A stretch of DNA of 64,000 nt from Callorhinchus milii. Its lineage: Eukaryota. The stretch lies in assembly GCF_018977255.1 (NCBI RefSeq), contig NW_024704742.1, forward strand, positions 20,276,001 to 20,340,000, in the 5' to 3' direction. The notes under the pieces are model-generated. The model had not been told where the DNA came from. It was given only the letters and a program-made list of their open reading frames with translations, and made no database searches. The position numbers and the translations under genes are program-made. Position 1 is the first letter of the stretch, and each line of letters starts with the position of its first letter. Below, in pieces: positions 27,590 to 42,115 of this stretch.

Positions 27590-27990
27590 TGTGGAGCGCC
27601 TTTCACGTCAGGAGGACGTCCCAAGGCGTTGGACAGTCTGGGATCCTCATCCAAACTGGTCGGGAGGGGTGGAGGGCAACAAAAACAGGGGTAGGAAGGC
27701 ACGACTGAAGGCACAGTCGAAGAGGAGGGTCTTGAGACGGTTCTTGGGAGGAGACAAGGCAGAAGGACTGTGGAATGGAATAGTGGGGCAGGTAAGGTGG
27801 GGGACGTGAAACAGGCTGGAACCCGCTGAGCGGAGGGAGCAGACAGATTGGAGTAGAGGTAGCGGACAGAGGATTAGAAGATTACAGGGATTGGGAAGAG
27901 CAAGGCTGTGGAGGGTTTTGAAGGTGAGGACCAGGGTCTTGAACTGTACCCTCTGAGTGATGGGGAGCCAGTGGAGCCGGGTGAGGATAG
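27590..27990 (-). mobile_element. L2 3' fragment
   Basis: ORF 27647..28090 contains LTRLHWLPITQRVQFKTLVLTFKTLH; tail gcgcctttcacgtcaggaggacgtcccaagg. Confidence 0.82.
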
Positions 27991-28614
27991 CAGTTACACA
28001 GCGATGAAACTGACATGGATTGCTCACAATGCATTTTAAATTCGTAAAACAGATCAAGTAAATTGGAGCACTGTTTTTTGCAGTCTTCATAAATGTAGAA
28101 TTTTACTAAGAATATCAGCTCCCAAATAATATTGATTTTCATCATTTGTTCCTTTCCTCTTTTCTTTACAAAATGTAGACAAATTATAACCGTAAGTCCA
28201 TTAATGGACACATCTTCTTAAAGAAATATTCCTTCCACAAAAAACAAGCTACTGTGATAACTTGGAAGTAAATAAATAATATAAGTTTACCAGTGACACT
28301 CAATATAGGAAGGATCTATATTTTCAACTTGGAGTCCGTATTGAAGAATCCCATTACTAATTGCTGTAATTTAGATCCTAATCTTAACACCAAGTACTTA
28401 TAAGTTCACAAGATTGTTTTGGCTGAAGAGGACACTTGGCACATCTGATCTTGTCCTTCCAGAACACACACCCTAATGTCTTCCTCACCACAGAATCAAG
28501 CTACTTATTAAATTAGTCCAGTGCCCTGGCCTTATGGCAAACTTAATCCAGTTGTGAATTGCGTTCTGGGTAAAGGAAAACATCCTTAACAAGAACAAGG
28601 CCCTCCTGAGTGCG

Positions 28615-29350
28615 GATCAATCAGAACTCTTTATCTATGTGCTCACCTGCACCAGGCTCCTTGACCCTGTCACATCCACCCTCGCCCGGCTCCACTAGCT
28701 CCCCATCCCCCAGAGGATAGAGTTCAAAATCCTTGTCCTTGGCTTCAAAGTCCTCCATGGCCTTACTCTTTTCAATCTCTGTTACCAGCTAACGTCATAT
28801 AGACTTGTTTGTTCTCCCTCCGCTCAGCAAGCTCTGCCGAACTCCACACACCCCTTCACCCAGCCTCTTCACTGTTGGTGGTCGGGCCTTCAGCTTCTCT
28901 GCCCCCACCCTTTGGAACTCTATCTCATAGTCCCTTCACCTCACTCCCTCCCTTGCCTCCTTCAAAGCATGTTCAAAACTATTCCAATGGATAAAATGCA
29001 GCGTAAAGCTCCATCTATTCTGCACCAACTAAAGTGCCTTCACCTTGGAAGAGCAGCTCTACTTACCCAGAATTACATAGGCAGCCTTATTCTAAGCATG
29101 AACATTGCTCATAAGTGGCTGAGACACCCTAGCATTGTTTCAATTAGTGCTCAGATCTACAATTTTCTTTGATAAAATGAACTGAAACATCTTTAAAACC
29201 CACCTTAAAGCTTATCTTTTTGACTGTGTTTTTGATCACCTCCCCACTCTCCCTCCTGCACCAGCTTGAATATCCAGGCAGCTGTGTAATGTGGTTTGAG
29301 ATGTCCTCATGATGTGAAAGGGGTTGTATAAATGTAAACTGTTGTTGATA
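28615..29350 (+). mobile_element. L2 3' fragment in two pieces (28615-28975, 29190-29350)
   Basis: LH*LPIPQRIEFKIL-type coding remnant, then the 3' UTR and tail after an interruption. Confidence 0.65.
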
Positions 29351-29629
29351 TATACGTTGATATCCAAACTTTACTTGATCCTTATAATCCATTGTTGTAA
29401 CTTTTTAATTCACCTTAATAAGACCGCAAAAGGAATGCTGAAATAGTCTTGACTATGTTCACTCAGAAGAATGTCACCAAACTGCTTCCAGAAACATTGT
29501 AAATTTTTTGCAAGCAATCAGCAAATAATAATACCATGGGTTTCTGCTTTGGTTCCCTTTGCTCCGGTCAAGAACCTGTTGTATCTCAGCAGCCTTTCAC
29601 ATTATCAATAGAAACAGTGAAAAAAATCA

Positions 29630-29836
<207 letters not shown>

Positions 29837-29968
29837 TTAATATACTTCCTTACAATGTAGTTGACTTTGTCTGATAGCCCAGTTTTTGCAATGTACCATT
29901 TTGACCAAGCAAACAACATAGCAAAGTAGTGTGTCCATATCACTAGGACATGACCTGAAATACAAGTC

Positions 29969-30556
29969 ATAATGTTGCGGGCTTAAGACCATAAGAAATT
30001 GCAAACCTCTGGAGCCTTGAAAGGGGAAGGAGGAGAAAATGTAAGACATTTTCTGTTATAATACAAGTCATTTTAACCTTTCTAACATCATTATCCTTTA
30101 TTAAAGAATGGTAGACCTTGCTTGGTGATACTGCAATGAAGAATAAATTCTTTGACAAGTGCAGCTTTTCATTGAAACACATTTGACATAGTTTGTAGTC
30201 AAGCACAGTACTTTCCAAGGTTTTATGTATCACTGCAGTTTCCTCTGTTTTGGATCAGCATCCTTATCTATTCATAACAGAATGTTTTTTTGCAATTCAG
30301 AACTAAAATAATCTTTATTTTGAAGCTGACGATATTTGTTGAGCAGAACACATAATTCACAAGTGCCTAATTAAGTGGCTTTCTGTTCATAAATCATTGC
30401 TATACTTATGTGCATTTTGTCTTTACCAAATATACCAATCATTGTGATATTCAATATATTTTGTTTTAACAGAAAATGTCTTACATTTTCTCCTCCTTCC
30501 CCTTTCAAAGCTCCAGAGGTTTGCGATTTCTTATGGTCTTAAGCCCGCAAGATTAT
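29969..30556. repeat. 90-bp inverted repeat (29969-30058 / 30467-30556), 87/90 identical, 408-bp spacer
   Basis: Direct manual alignment gives 3 mismatches. Confidence 0.92.
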
Positions 30557-31625
30557 TTCGTCGTAAAATTTAAAATCACACAGAAATTGGATAGTTCTTG
30601 CATGAAATCATAATTTGGAATTAAGTTCTTTTAAAGAGCTGTGGAAACCGGCATCCAAATTACAACTTGATTTGAAAAAGTTTCCACAATTCTGTGTGAT
30701 CTTAAATTCTAAGGCAAAATGGTCATATGGATAAAACTATGTATACATGATTCAGGACATCTGATGTCAAATATCATAGTCCATTTAAGACAATATGCTA
30801 TGTCCTACTCCCAGACCTTTGTTAATACCATACTATAGCCACTAAGTGCTATATTTCATATTACTATGTGTGAGGTCTGAAGACTTCTGCAAGCCTCTGA
30901 TGATGTTTGAGAGTGTGGAAAGCAGTCTCATCTTATTCTTGAGGCACCAGCATAACTCAGACTGAGTAAGACTGAGTTTTGTGTTTAAAAAAAATACATG
31001 TTATTGATGTTCCTTAAATAAGGAATAGAATGGATTTAGAAATAGCACAATTTTGAACCCATCCTTTCTAACAATGCGTGATCAAACTGAATGATGAGGC
31101 TTGATCAATGTTCAAATAGCAACAAGATAAGCTGTTTTAGTTTCCACTCTATCCATCTGCTTTTGGAACCAAATACTTTATTTGCTTTATTTTTGTTAGA
31201 ACTAAGTGACAACAGTTCAATGATCTGTGATGATGTTCATAAAGGAGTATTAATGCCACAGTACAGCAAATTACTACTAATGTTTTTAACAATGTTGTTG
31301 AATACACATAAGGTATTTACACTCTTCTATGCACATTACACAGGGAGACATATTTCTTGTACGAAGGAACGGAATCTTGTAAAAACACAATGTTATTTTG
31401 CTATCAGTTAAAAACAACTGGAAGTATTTACACAGGGCTATCTGCAATGCCACATCCTAAACTCTCTGTTGGATCAATGTACAATAAACCATGATGAAAG
31501 AAAGATAGTTGGTGTGCCATTTACAATTTACACTGAGATTTTATTATAGGTATAGGAGGCATATCATATCAACAACCAAATAATTCATGTGCTTTGTGAT
31601 TTTGGTCAGCAAAATAAAACTCTTA

Positions 31626-31859
<234 letters not shown>

Positions 31860-32184
31860 CTAAGGCAATCTTCACAATAATTAACACCACGTCCCTGGAG
31901 AAGGAAAGTTTTGCAGTGCAAATACCAACTACAAAATGTTTGAAGCTGTGGGCTTCCATTTGTGTAGAAGGTCAACTACCACCAGAATCCACGATTCAAA
32001 GGAATTACAAATTAATCAGAAACCAGGCTTATTAGCCTCAGTGCACTCTGTTTCCAGACTGAACGTTTGGCAGTTTCTAGTTACATAACGTTTGGCAGTT
32101 TCTAGTTACGTAAATTCTATTTGATGAGCACAATGAAATGATCAGCGACTGGGGGAAAGGCTACTTTCAACGGATCAAAGGAAG

Positions 32185-33020
32185 CAGAAATAGGAGGAGG
32201 CCATTCAGCCCAATAAGCCTGTCCCATCAGTTTATTAGGTTTTAGCAGATCTTTTTGATCCCAATACTCTTTCACTATACCCCTTAATACCTCAACTATT
32301 CAAGTATACATCTTTCTTTTAAACATATCTACTGATTCCTTATCTACAGCTTACAGTGTCTTCCACTTCTTCACGATCCTCAGTGTGAAGAAATACCTCC
32401 TGCCCTCATTTCTAACCATTTTTGTTTTGATTTTATGCCCTGCAATGGATCTCTCTACCAAAAGGAAAAATCATTCGCTACCTAACCTGTCTGCTCCTTT
32501 CATTATTTTAAATATCTCAATTGAAGCGCCTCTTAACCTTCTCTGCTGTAAGGAATATAATCTCATGTCTCATTATACAAATAATTTCTCATCATACCAA
32601 ATACCCTTCCAAGTAGTCCAAGTATTAATCTAGTGAACCACTGGATGCCATCCAAGGATAATATATACTTCCTATGATTAGTATTCTAAACTGAACACTG
32701 TACTCTAAACCAGTTCTGACTAGTGCTCTCCACACTTGGAACACCACGTTTTTACTTTTCTATTTAAAAAGTAATTTAATTTTTAAAAATGAAATTAATT
32801 TTCACCCAAAAAATATAAAGTCAATTCACTTTGCAGTATATTCTTTGAAACATGTTGAGGTGTCTCAACAACTTGATAAGGCGCTATATCAAATGCAAAG
32901 ATTATTATTATATTCTGGACCTCTTGGAAAAATGCCAGTAACCCATTTGCTTTATTGAACTGCCTTCTGCACCTGTGAATTAAGATCTATTAATTTTGGA
33001 TCCCTAGACCATGCTGCTCA
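32185..33020 (-). mobile_element. Old CR1 3' region with a SINE tail inserted (~32800-32912)
   Basis: aggaggccattcagccc..; cctcttaaccttctctgctgtaagga; ctgaacactgtactc (reverse of EYSVQ). Confidence 0.7.
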
Positions 33021-36000
33021 TCTGCACTTCTATTTCTAAAAATGCCAGAACACATCTTTCTTAACTGTTTGCTTTCTCTCACCTAGTTACCAAATCTCCT
33101 ATTTTTTTAATTAGTTATTTTAACTGATTAAATATCAGATGATTAAACATTTTTTTTAAGTTCTGATTCAAGCACCCTAACACTATTCTGTGAATTATTG
33201 CATACAATAAAAACAACAACAACAACAACAAGATTCCATTTATAGAGCGCCTTTCACGTCGGGAGGACGTCCCAAGGCGCTGTACAGTTGGGTCAGGACC
33301 CGAGCACCGGGGAAATGGTCAGGATGAGGGGAGGGAAGGGAGGGAGGTGAGGGGAGGGAAGGGAGGGAAAATTACTATTATAAGATGAACATAGTTTGGG
33401 CAATTGTTATAGGTGTTGCTGTAGTATCTCTTCCCCCTATTTGTAACTTCTCTTAACAATGTGGTTTATGAGCACACAGAACCCTGGAAAGGGCACAGCT
33501 GGGGCAGCAGAACACCAGACAATGGAAAGTTGACTGGATGTTAGGAATATAAGAAACTACAGAATGAGAAAAGGTCACTCTGCCCATCAAGACAATTCAT
33601 TCCAAACGCACAAAACATGCTCCATCATGGCCCACTTTACCAATTTAATTTCCAAAATTTCTCTCTACTCTAATTGTAACCTGAATAAAATCTAATCTTA
33701 CTTTGCATATTATTCACCGCTAAATGATCTCATGCACTGATATATTATTGCCTTCCTTCACATCTTGTCATTCCAGTATCATGTTCAAGAAATATCACAT
33801 TCAACATAAATTTAATAATTTATTTCGATAAGTATTATTATAACCTTCAGTCTTGTGCCTAAATAGCTGTTTATTCATTTTTTTAAAAAAGATGCTAAAC
33901 CAATCAGATTAAACTCCTTTAGCTGTGAAGTTATTCCATGTTCCTGTTACTCTGAAAATGTTCTTGGTTGAAGTTTTGTCTGTGAGTTTTATTTTTATAT
34001 GCTACAGTTTTACATTCAGGTTTCAAATTTAATAATTTATTAGTTTTTCATTTTATCCATTCCTCTCCGAATATCAGAATCCTGGATTATGTCCGCTCAA
34101 TTGTTCTTTTCTCAGTTAAAAATTTCAGTCCTGTTGGCCTCTCTTAAGAATGTTTTAGAGCCCTATATCCCAGAATTATCCTTATTGCTTTTCTCTGGAT
34201 CTTTTCCGACACATCAGTATTCTTTTGAAGATATGATACCGAAACCCAACTGTGACTTTTTAAATGTCTAATGATTGTCGTAATTTAATAGGAATTTCTC
34301 TTTCTCGGATTTTATAATAATCCTTGCTTTTGATATAGAGCCTCATCACGTCTTCAAGACATCTCAAAGAGTCTTGAAGATGTGATAAGAAACTTTTATT
34401 TATCAGAAAATATTCCACATATATTGAAACAAAATCTTTCCACTGCGTTACAAAGACCGCTATGACTGTGTTTTAATGAAGAATCTTGCTGTAAACCTTC
34501 AGTAGTTTCTTGCTCAGGTCCAAAAGTCAACAGCAATGTTTGAACACCTATGGTTGATGTTTGGTGCAATTCACTGAAACAAAGCCCTCACCAAGCATGC
34601 ATAAATGAAGATTTTTTAATATAATGTTCTACTAAGAATAGCTTAGAGCAATATCAAGGGTTTTTAAGAAATCTATATTGCATATTACTCACTATAAAGG
34701 ATAATTAGCACAATTTCTTGGAATCTATTACAAAATAGTCTTAACTAATTTAAAATTAATTTCTACAATACAAATTCAGTCATTCACTCCATAATGCTCT
34801 TTTGAGAACACACACTACAATAATTTTATCATGATCAGTTTGGAATTCTCCTTCAGGAATTAGTATTGGCAGATCAGTCACATACTCAGTCACAGTTGAC
34901 ATATTTCCATTGGAAATCAATTGGTGGGTGACATTTGCAAAAGATAACTAATTTGTTTTTTTAAACTAATTAATCGGCGATCTTATCTCCAGTCGCTATT
35001 CAGATGACAGCAGCATTTATGTAATTGGAATAAACACACCTCCTTATAAATGAAGGTCACAAAAACACAAATAGGCTTCTTGTCTTGCCTAAATTGATCT
35101 AACTTATGTTAAAGGTAGATACGAAGGCAGATTTAGTGGAGAGCAGATTGGGGGTTTCAGTCTCAATACTGCTGGCCACTGAACCTACTAGCCTGACTGG
35201 GTGACTCTTCTTAGCTCTTAACTAGATGCAGGGTTACAAAGTTACATAAAATTACATAGAGTTAAACAGGTCATTCGGCCCAATTAACCGTTGCCAGTGT
35301 TTATACTCCACATGAGCCCCTAGTCCTCTTGTTTCCCTCTTCTATACCTACTTTAATCCCTTCTTTTCAATGTATGCATCAAGTTTTCTCTTAAATGCAT
35401 TGACGTTCAATCACAGCTTCTGGCAATATGAGTTATGTCTGTTTTATATTCGGCTCCTACTGCACTAGGAGTGACTCTCAAGCGGTGATGCTCATACTTG
35501 AGCATTGCTCATGGAGGAGCCCCAGAGATCCCAGTGATTTCTATTTTTTCCTCTCACAATTGGGAGTCTATAACAACATGGTGTATATAGCTAGATGGGG
35601 CCGTGCAAAGGCACAGAACTTTTGTGATTGCATTTTTCCAATGGCTATGACCCATTTATTGGTAAATTAGTCTGTGAGCTACGCTTCAAGGTTGGGTGAC
35701 TTTGCTTTTGGCATTGTTCCTGGTTCTGCTGCCGTCAAAAGTGTTCTCAGCAGGTCAATAGGCCTCTGCCTAGGAGGATGGAAAACCAGTCTCTTTTAGG
35801 CCAGTAAATTAACTTTTAGTATGTGTTGGGGTGTGGGGTTGGGAATGCGCAGAAATGTCTGTCGGGTCTCTGATAAAGAGCAGCTGATGGATGGATTGCT
35901 GTGACTGGTACCAAGATGCAGTCATTACATGTACAGACTTTGGGGGCTAAAGGGAGAAGTGTAGATAGGTTCGGAGAGAGAGAGAGCCACTGGTAAAAAG

Positions 36001-39000
36001 AGCTAATGCATTCTCTCCCAGAGATGATAACTGATTACTTCCACAATCTCTGAGTTAGTTGTCACTGTATTTGTCTATCTTAGCATAGAATTATTGTTAC
36101 AATACTTTAAGTAAGATTGTCCTATGTACATTTGATTGTATTTATTTTCATTAAAGAAACAATTTGATTGAAACCATTATTAGCATGGTTAGTGCCCTGA
36201 AGCCGCCAGGCTGATCACTAAAATTTACTGTTTTGACAGAGGGAGATTTCAGCCCTCTGATACAACATGGGAAGGCAAAATTGAACAAAACACCTCAGAA
36301 CAAAATTTAGGTTATAAATTTGTGTAAGATAAAATGAATAAGTTAAGGAACACATTAAGGAATACCGCAAATTGTACCTTTTGGGCATCAATGAACATAT
36401 ATCATAGGAAACTGGTGAGGATCTGCTTAAAACAGCTAAGTAAGTTGTCTGTCTGAAACATTTTGCAAAGCTGAGATATCTATACAATGAGTGCATTCAC
36501 CAACATTTCCATAAAACCTTGACTGTCGTTCAAATTAGTCAAACCTGAACTCCAGTGCTCCTTTTCAGTCAAATACAGACTGATATTTAGCTAATGCTTC
36601 CGATATGAAACCAACACCCTAAGGTGTTTATAATGAAGGAGAACTAAAGCAAGCCAGCAAGATAGGAAACTATATTTTATGTAACATAGTTCTGTATGGT
36701 TCAGTGGTTGTGTGAGTGCTGTGCGGCTCATGTATATTATTTGGAGTGTTTTGATACTTTGTACTGAGTCTTAAGCCTTAATTAAATAAAAGGTCATTCT
36801 GAAAATGGAAGGTTACTAAAACAGATTGCAAAGTATGTAAGCACTGCCTGTAAGTCACTTAAGAGCTATTAAATGGTCAGAATCATTCATGGGGAAATTC
36901 CAAATTTGCATAGGAATTTATAATAGCCAGAAATGGCAAATTGTGGAACTCAGTCTTAATTTTCAAATTTGTTTTCTGTAGCTCTGCAGTTCTTAAAATG
37001 ATTTACAATAAAACAGTTTCAGAATTTTCATCAATGTGTTGAAGAGGAAACTTTATGCAGGCATGAAGGAGAAGGCAATGGAGGGATATTGGAGAGGAGA
37101 TTAAGAAGGGTGGGGCTTCTGTGAAGAAAAAATACCATCATAGATTATTTGAGCTGAATGCCGTTTCCGTGCTGTATTGTCTCCCGACGTGAAAGGTGTT
37201 ATACAAAAGTAATTTTGTTATCTTGTTGTATCGATAATTTTCTGCAACAATGAAGGCTGTGTTTAACAATTTTGACAAATTCCCTAAACGTTTATTCTAT
37301 TTATGATGTAATTTCAAATTCCAGCAATATGAGTTATGTCTCTTTTATATTAGGCTTCCTGTTGCCCTTTGAGTAACACTATGAGTGATTCTCAAATATT
37401 TTACATAATTTTACATAGAGTACATCTTTCAAATTTTCAAGAAGAAATTGATGCTTCACATTCTGAAGAGTGAGGTCTTTGAAACTCAATGTTAAATGGT
37501 GCTAGTGAAACATAGGAACATCACAAATCAAAATTACATTTTTATTTCTCCGTGTTTGAACCAAGTAGGAGAAGAATTTAACATTGATAGTCTGTGATTA
37601 TTTTTTGAAATAAGATAAAGTCACAGTATGGGGGAATTCACCCATGCACTTATGTGTTGTAAAGCAACTAACTTGTAAAGATGGCACATAGAAATTAGGG
37701 AGCCTCACAACCATTATTTATTCATTGACGGTTTGAACTAATGTCCAGCAGCCAACACTAAAATACAGGCTTATGTCTGTGCAAATATACTGTGGGATTT
37801 AACAGTGCCTGGCACAACAATTGCAAATTCTGACGTTTAGCAATCTCTGTCAAGAGCAGGGTCTTAAGACATTAAGCAAAAGTCAAGCTTATTTGATTGA
37901 AATAAAATAGAAAACGGAGATCAAGTGCAATAGAAGTAAAAAGCAAATAAGAAAATTTAGGCTGCAATTAATTTTGCTTTAAGGTATATAGCAAAGTGCT
38001 TTTTTTTCTTTATTGCCCATAATGTTACTCACGCTGAAATTGATTTTCATTTTAATGGTGGCCATACACTCCTCATTAATCACCTTAAAATGTACTTCAC
38101 TTGTCTATTAGTTTAGCATAATTACACCAAAATTAATTACATTAACCTCTGGCTATTGGCCACTTCCTTTGGCTCTGAAATATTCTTTCATTGCTGGGAA
38201 TGTATGTTAATTATTTTGCTAAAGCTGATTAAAATTCTATCACTGGAATATTGTCCAACTTTGCAAAATGAATATTCAGATATAGGGATAACATTTGCAG
38301 TCAGGAACAAGAGTGGGAAATCCCATTAAAGGTTGACATCACTAAAAGTGAAGTGCACAATGCTAAATAGAATTTTTGCTCCACAGTGGCTGAGGGAATG
38401 ATCAAAATGTTATATTAAGGCCCAATTATAAAATGTTTCTTCTTAGTACGGATTAGTTTCTAATAGTAACAGTCTGGACCTCATTGACTGTAGTTATGTG
38501 CAACTGGCATGCTCGCATCTCATGAGGCAATTAGCCCTCATGCTCAAATGGATTACTTCTGGGCCAATGGGTCACCACTGCACAGGAAGTAACATTAGTG
38601 CAGACTTAATGACCTGGATGTTGGCCATTTTAGCTTCCTGTGATCAAAACATGGCCGCCCTCAGAGGCATCAGATTGCTGATGACGTTTTCCAATTACAA
38701 CATTTAACTGTTCCTAAAACTAGTCCAGTGTCCTAAGGCATCCGTTACAGCTGTGATTTAGCCTCTGTGTAGAGAAATACTTCCTGACGTCTGTCCTAAA
38801 ATTCTCCTTCACAACTCTGAACGTGACATCTTGTCCTATGACCTGTGCGTAGCTGAAAATATTATTCTATAATTAGGCAATGGAACAAAAGACTGCATTG
38901 GGAATTTTGAAACAATTATTTCTGTTGAAAATGCTTAAAATGACAGCGACCAATGTTTTATAGCAGAACTTTAATTCAGTTCATAGACATTAGTTCTTAT

Positions 39001-39003
39001 CTA

Positions 39004-39171
<168 letters not shown>

Positions 39172-40671
39172 TTAAATAAGCTTTACTCGAAAAACAAACT
39201 GTTTATGAATAGAGTGAAAACTGGATTTCTGTATAACCATGCAAGTCTTTTTAAAAATAATTGGTAATGTAATTTGAAATGACATTGCTTGAAAAATGTC
39301 ACCATATGGGATTCTGTTACACAGCATGCAAATCAGAGATAAACAACATATATCATGACTGTATTTTCGCAATAATGAAATGGCAAAGATGGAACCAAAG
39401 AATTTAAGAAAGGCTCAAGAATACTGGATTTCCCAGGCATCATAAATGCTGGTTTTCTGAAGCCAGGAATAATTTCAATATCAATTTTAAAGGGCAGGTA
39501 GGAGAAGCGAATTTTTAATGGTCAATATTTCACAAAATATATTGCGGGAGAAGATATGCATAAAAAAGAATGGTGATAGCTTCAGGGGCATTCGATCTAA
39601 AATCATTCACAGATATGGAAAAATATATTTTATTTTTAATTTGAATTTTTCACCTAAATTTCAGAGGTCAGCCACTGTAAATTCATTGCTTCATAAAATA
39701 GCGACAATATTGATAATAATCACTACCCTTCCTTGACCTAAAAGATTGAATTTCACAACAAAGTAATTTCTGAAAAAAAACATTTCCTCACCCATTTACT
39801 TCTGTTGGATACAACAGTATAAAGGTAACTCAGTCTTGCTCACCTTTTGTACAGAACCTTCAGATACCATCCCCTATACTCTTTCATATCTTTTTACCAG
39901 CCCTGCAATCCCATTAATTTGAACACTCAGAAGATCAGAAGATTCAACATTCAGGCCTTTCATGCTTCCAAGGTCCAAGGTCAATAGCTGAGCGTTGGGG
40001 GTGTGTGAGTGAATGAGTAAGTGAGTGAGTGGAAGAGGAAGCGAGGGAGGAAGGGAAGGAAGGAGCAAGGGAGGAAGCAATCGAGCAATTAATTTCAATA
40101 TTATGATAATGCCATCGTAAAGATGGCTATTCTGTCTATTATGCCTATGCCATGCTAACTACCCATTAAAGCCATTTATTCTGATTCCATTTCCCTGCCT
40201 TTTCCCCATTTTTTTCATATCTTTAATTGAACTGGACACTTGCATAGTTTATTTGCAGCAACAACCCCAATTAATTTTACATAAGTTTATAACCCTGACA
40301 TTTATCTTAGCAGCCTGGGTTTATAATACAGAGGAAACAAGCCAGACAAGCTAACAGCATAGATTGATGAAAAAATTATGAGTCAGAAACCAGTAATCTG
40401 TCATGGGTCAGTAATATCTCTCACACTGATACTTATGAGAATAGTTTTGTTAACTAATATCAGAAATGACACAACTGCAACAGGAGTTAGCTGTTGCAAA
40501 TAGCTATTCTTATCATCGTTTTTCATTGTGAAAGAGCTAATTCCATTCCAACAGTCATGCAGACTAGTCAGTCATTCACCTCATGACTGTTTTGTGAAAT
40601 CTTCTTGGTGTAAATGGTTGCTTTAATGCCTACAAAAAGCAGTCACTACACTTGACAGTAATTATCAGTGA

Positions 40672-40950
40672 ACAACAAAACAACAACAAAATTACATTTA
40701 TAGAGTGCCTTTCACGTCGGGAGGACGTCCCAAAGCGCTGAACAGTCAACTGTCGGGGCCTGAGCATGGGGGATGGGGGGTGGTGTAGGGGTGAGGGAAG
40801 CCAGAGAGGTGGGAGGGAGACCAAAGGCACGATCAAAGAGAAGGGTCTTGAGACCGGCCTTGAAGGATGCGAGGGAGGAAGCGAGGCGAAGGGACCGTGA
40901 GATGGAGTTCCAGAGAATGGGAGCAGAGAGGCTGAAAGCCCGGCCACTGA
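40672..40950 (-). mobile_element. L2 3' fragment
   Basis: (caa)n tail, gcctttcacgtcgggaggacgtcccaaagcgc; ORF 40712..41011 contains GRAFSLSAPILWNSI..FKAGLKTLLF. Confidence 0.85.
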
Positions 40951-41639
40951 TGAAGTGCATTGACATGATAGGACACAATATAAAATATAAGTTAAAATAC
41001 AGCAAAACCAAGCAACAATCTTTGTTTAAAATTCTCAGAGAACAGATCTATAGCTTGTTGAGGATTTTGCTGATATCAGGGAAACTAAACAAAAAGCTGA
41101 CAAGTAACTCAAACACCTTGAATGCACACTTAATACATAAGTGCCTTGCTAAATTGCTGAGTGGTTAACATTTCATCAGTGGAATAAGGAGGAGGAAAAG
41201 GCTATTGTGGTGTACTTAGAGCTGGAGTGCTGCTTTACGCATTGTGTATGTTGATTTTCTGCATGAGACTCTCCTTGACAGATCTGATTGCCAATCAACT
41301 AATATTGCCTTGAAGAGAATCCATCGTGGACAGAAAGCCTGCTGTACAATGAGGCTTGAGGAATAACTGGCGATGGCAAAGCTTGACAGATTTTATGTGA
41401 ATTCAAAGGAACACTGTTATTGACTCCTACTTCAGCAATGAGAATGCTGACCGTTAGCTAAATTCTAACCAAACTTTCCATAACTACAGGCAAGCTGGGA
41501 TTACAGAAACTCATGCAGGAATGTCACAAAGCGATGTGTGCAATGAGAGCCCAAGCAAAGAGCTGCGTGTGTGTCCTTGCTGTATGTAAGGAAATTGAAA
41601 AGCTAGATTGGAGACTGGACATAAGTTTACATTAGTCTA

Positions 41640-42115
41640 AATAAAACAGAAATCGTTGGTAACACTCAGCGGGTCAGGCAGCAGCTATGGAGAGAGGAAA
41701 GTGAGTTAACGACGATCACCTTTTGTTGAAATGGAGTAATTTATAAGGACAAACAGAGAAGGGGGCGGGGAAAGAAAGACAAAGAAAAAATTAGATGGAG
41801 GACAGTAGGTGATGAGATCAGAGGTGTTGATGATGCAGGACAAAAAAAGGCAATAGTGGGAAGATTACAGAAAGAAAAGATGTGCCTGAGACCCAGAATT
41901 GTTATAGAAGAAGGGGAGGGGGGAGGCAAGGCTGAGAGAAGATGGAAGTTGTGTTTAAGGTCTGAAGTCGTTAAAATCAATGTTGAAGCCAGACGGCTGA
42001 AAGATGCCTAGGAGGAAACTAGATGCTGTTCCTCAAGCTTGTGTTTGCTTCATTCGAACAGTGTAGGAGGCCATGGAAAGAGAGGTCAGAATGGGAGTGG
42101 AAAGGAGAATTAAAG
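41640..42115 (-). mobile_element. Penelope-like element 3' end (GIY-YIG C-terminal remnant plus terminal repeat)
   Basis: With frameshifts the reverse strand reads FNSPFHSHSDLSFHGLLHCSNE..KLEEQHL..LG..QPSGFNIDF, resembling PLE endonuclease C-termini; terminal ctcagcgggtcaggcagcagctatggagaga. Confidence 0.72.

Noticed and set aside
32062..32111. 25-bp tandem duplication (similar: 24-bp at ~57033-57085, 12-bp at ~17013-17040)
   Set aside because: Ordinary slippage duplications with no functional cue.
33325..33368. G-quadruplex-like GGGA run
   Set aside because: A 23-bp duplication within the G-rich reverse L2 3' UTR; explained by the repeat.
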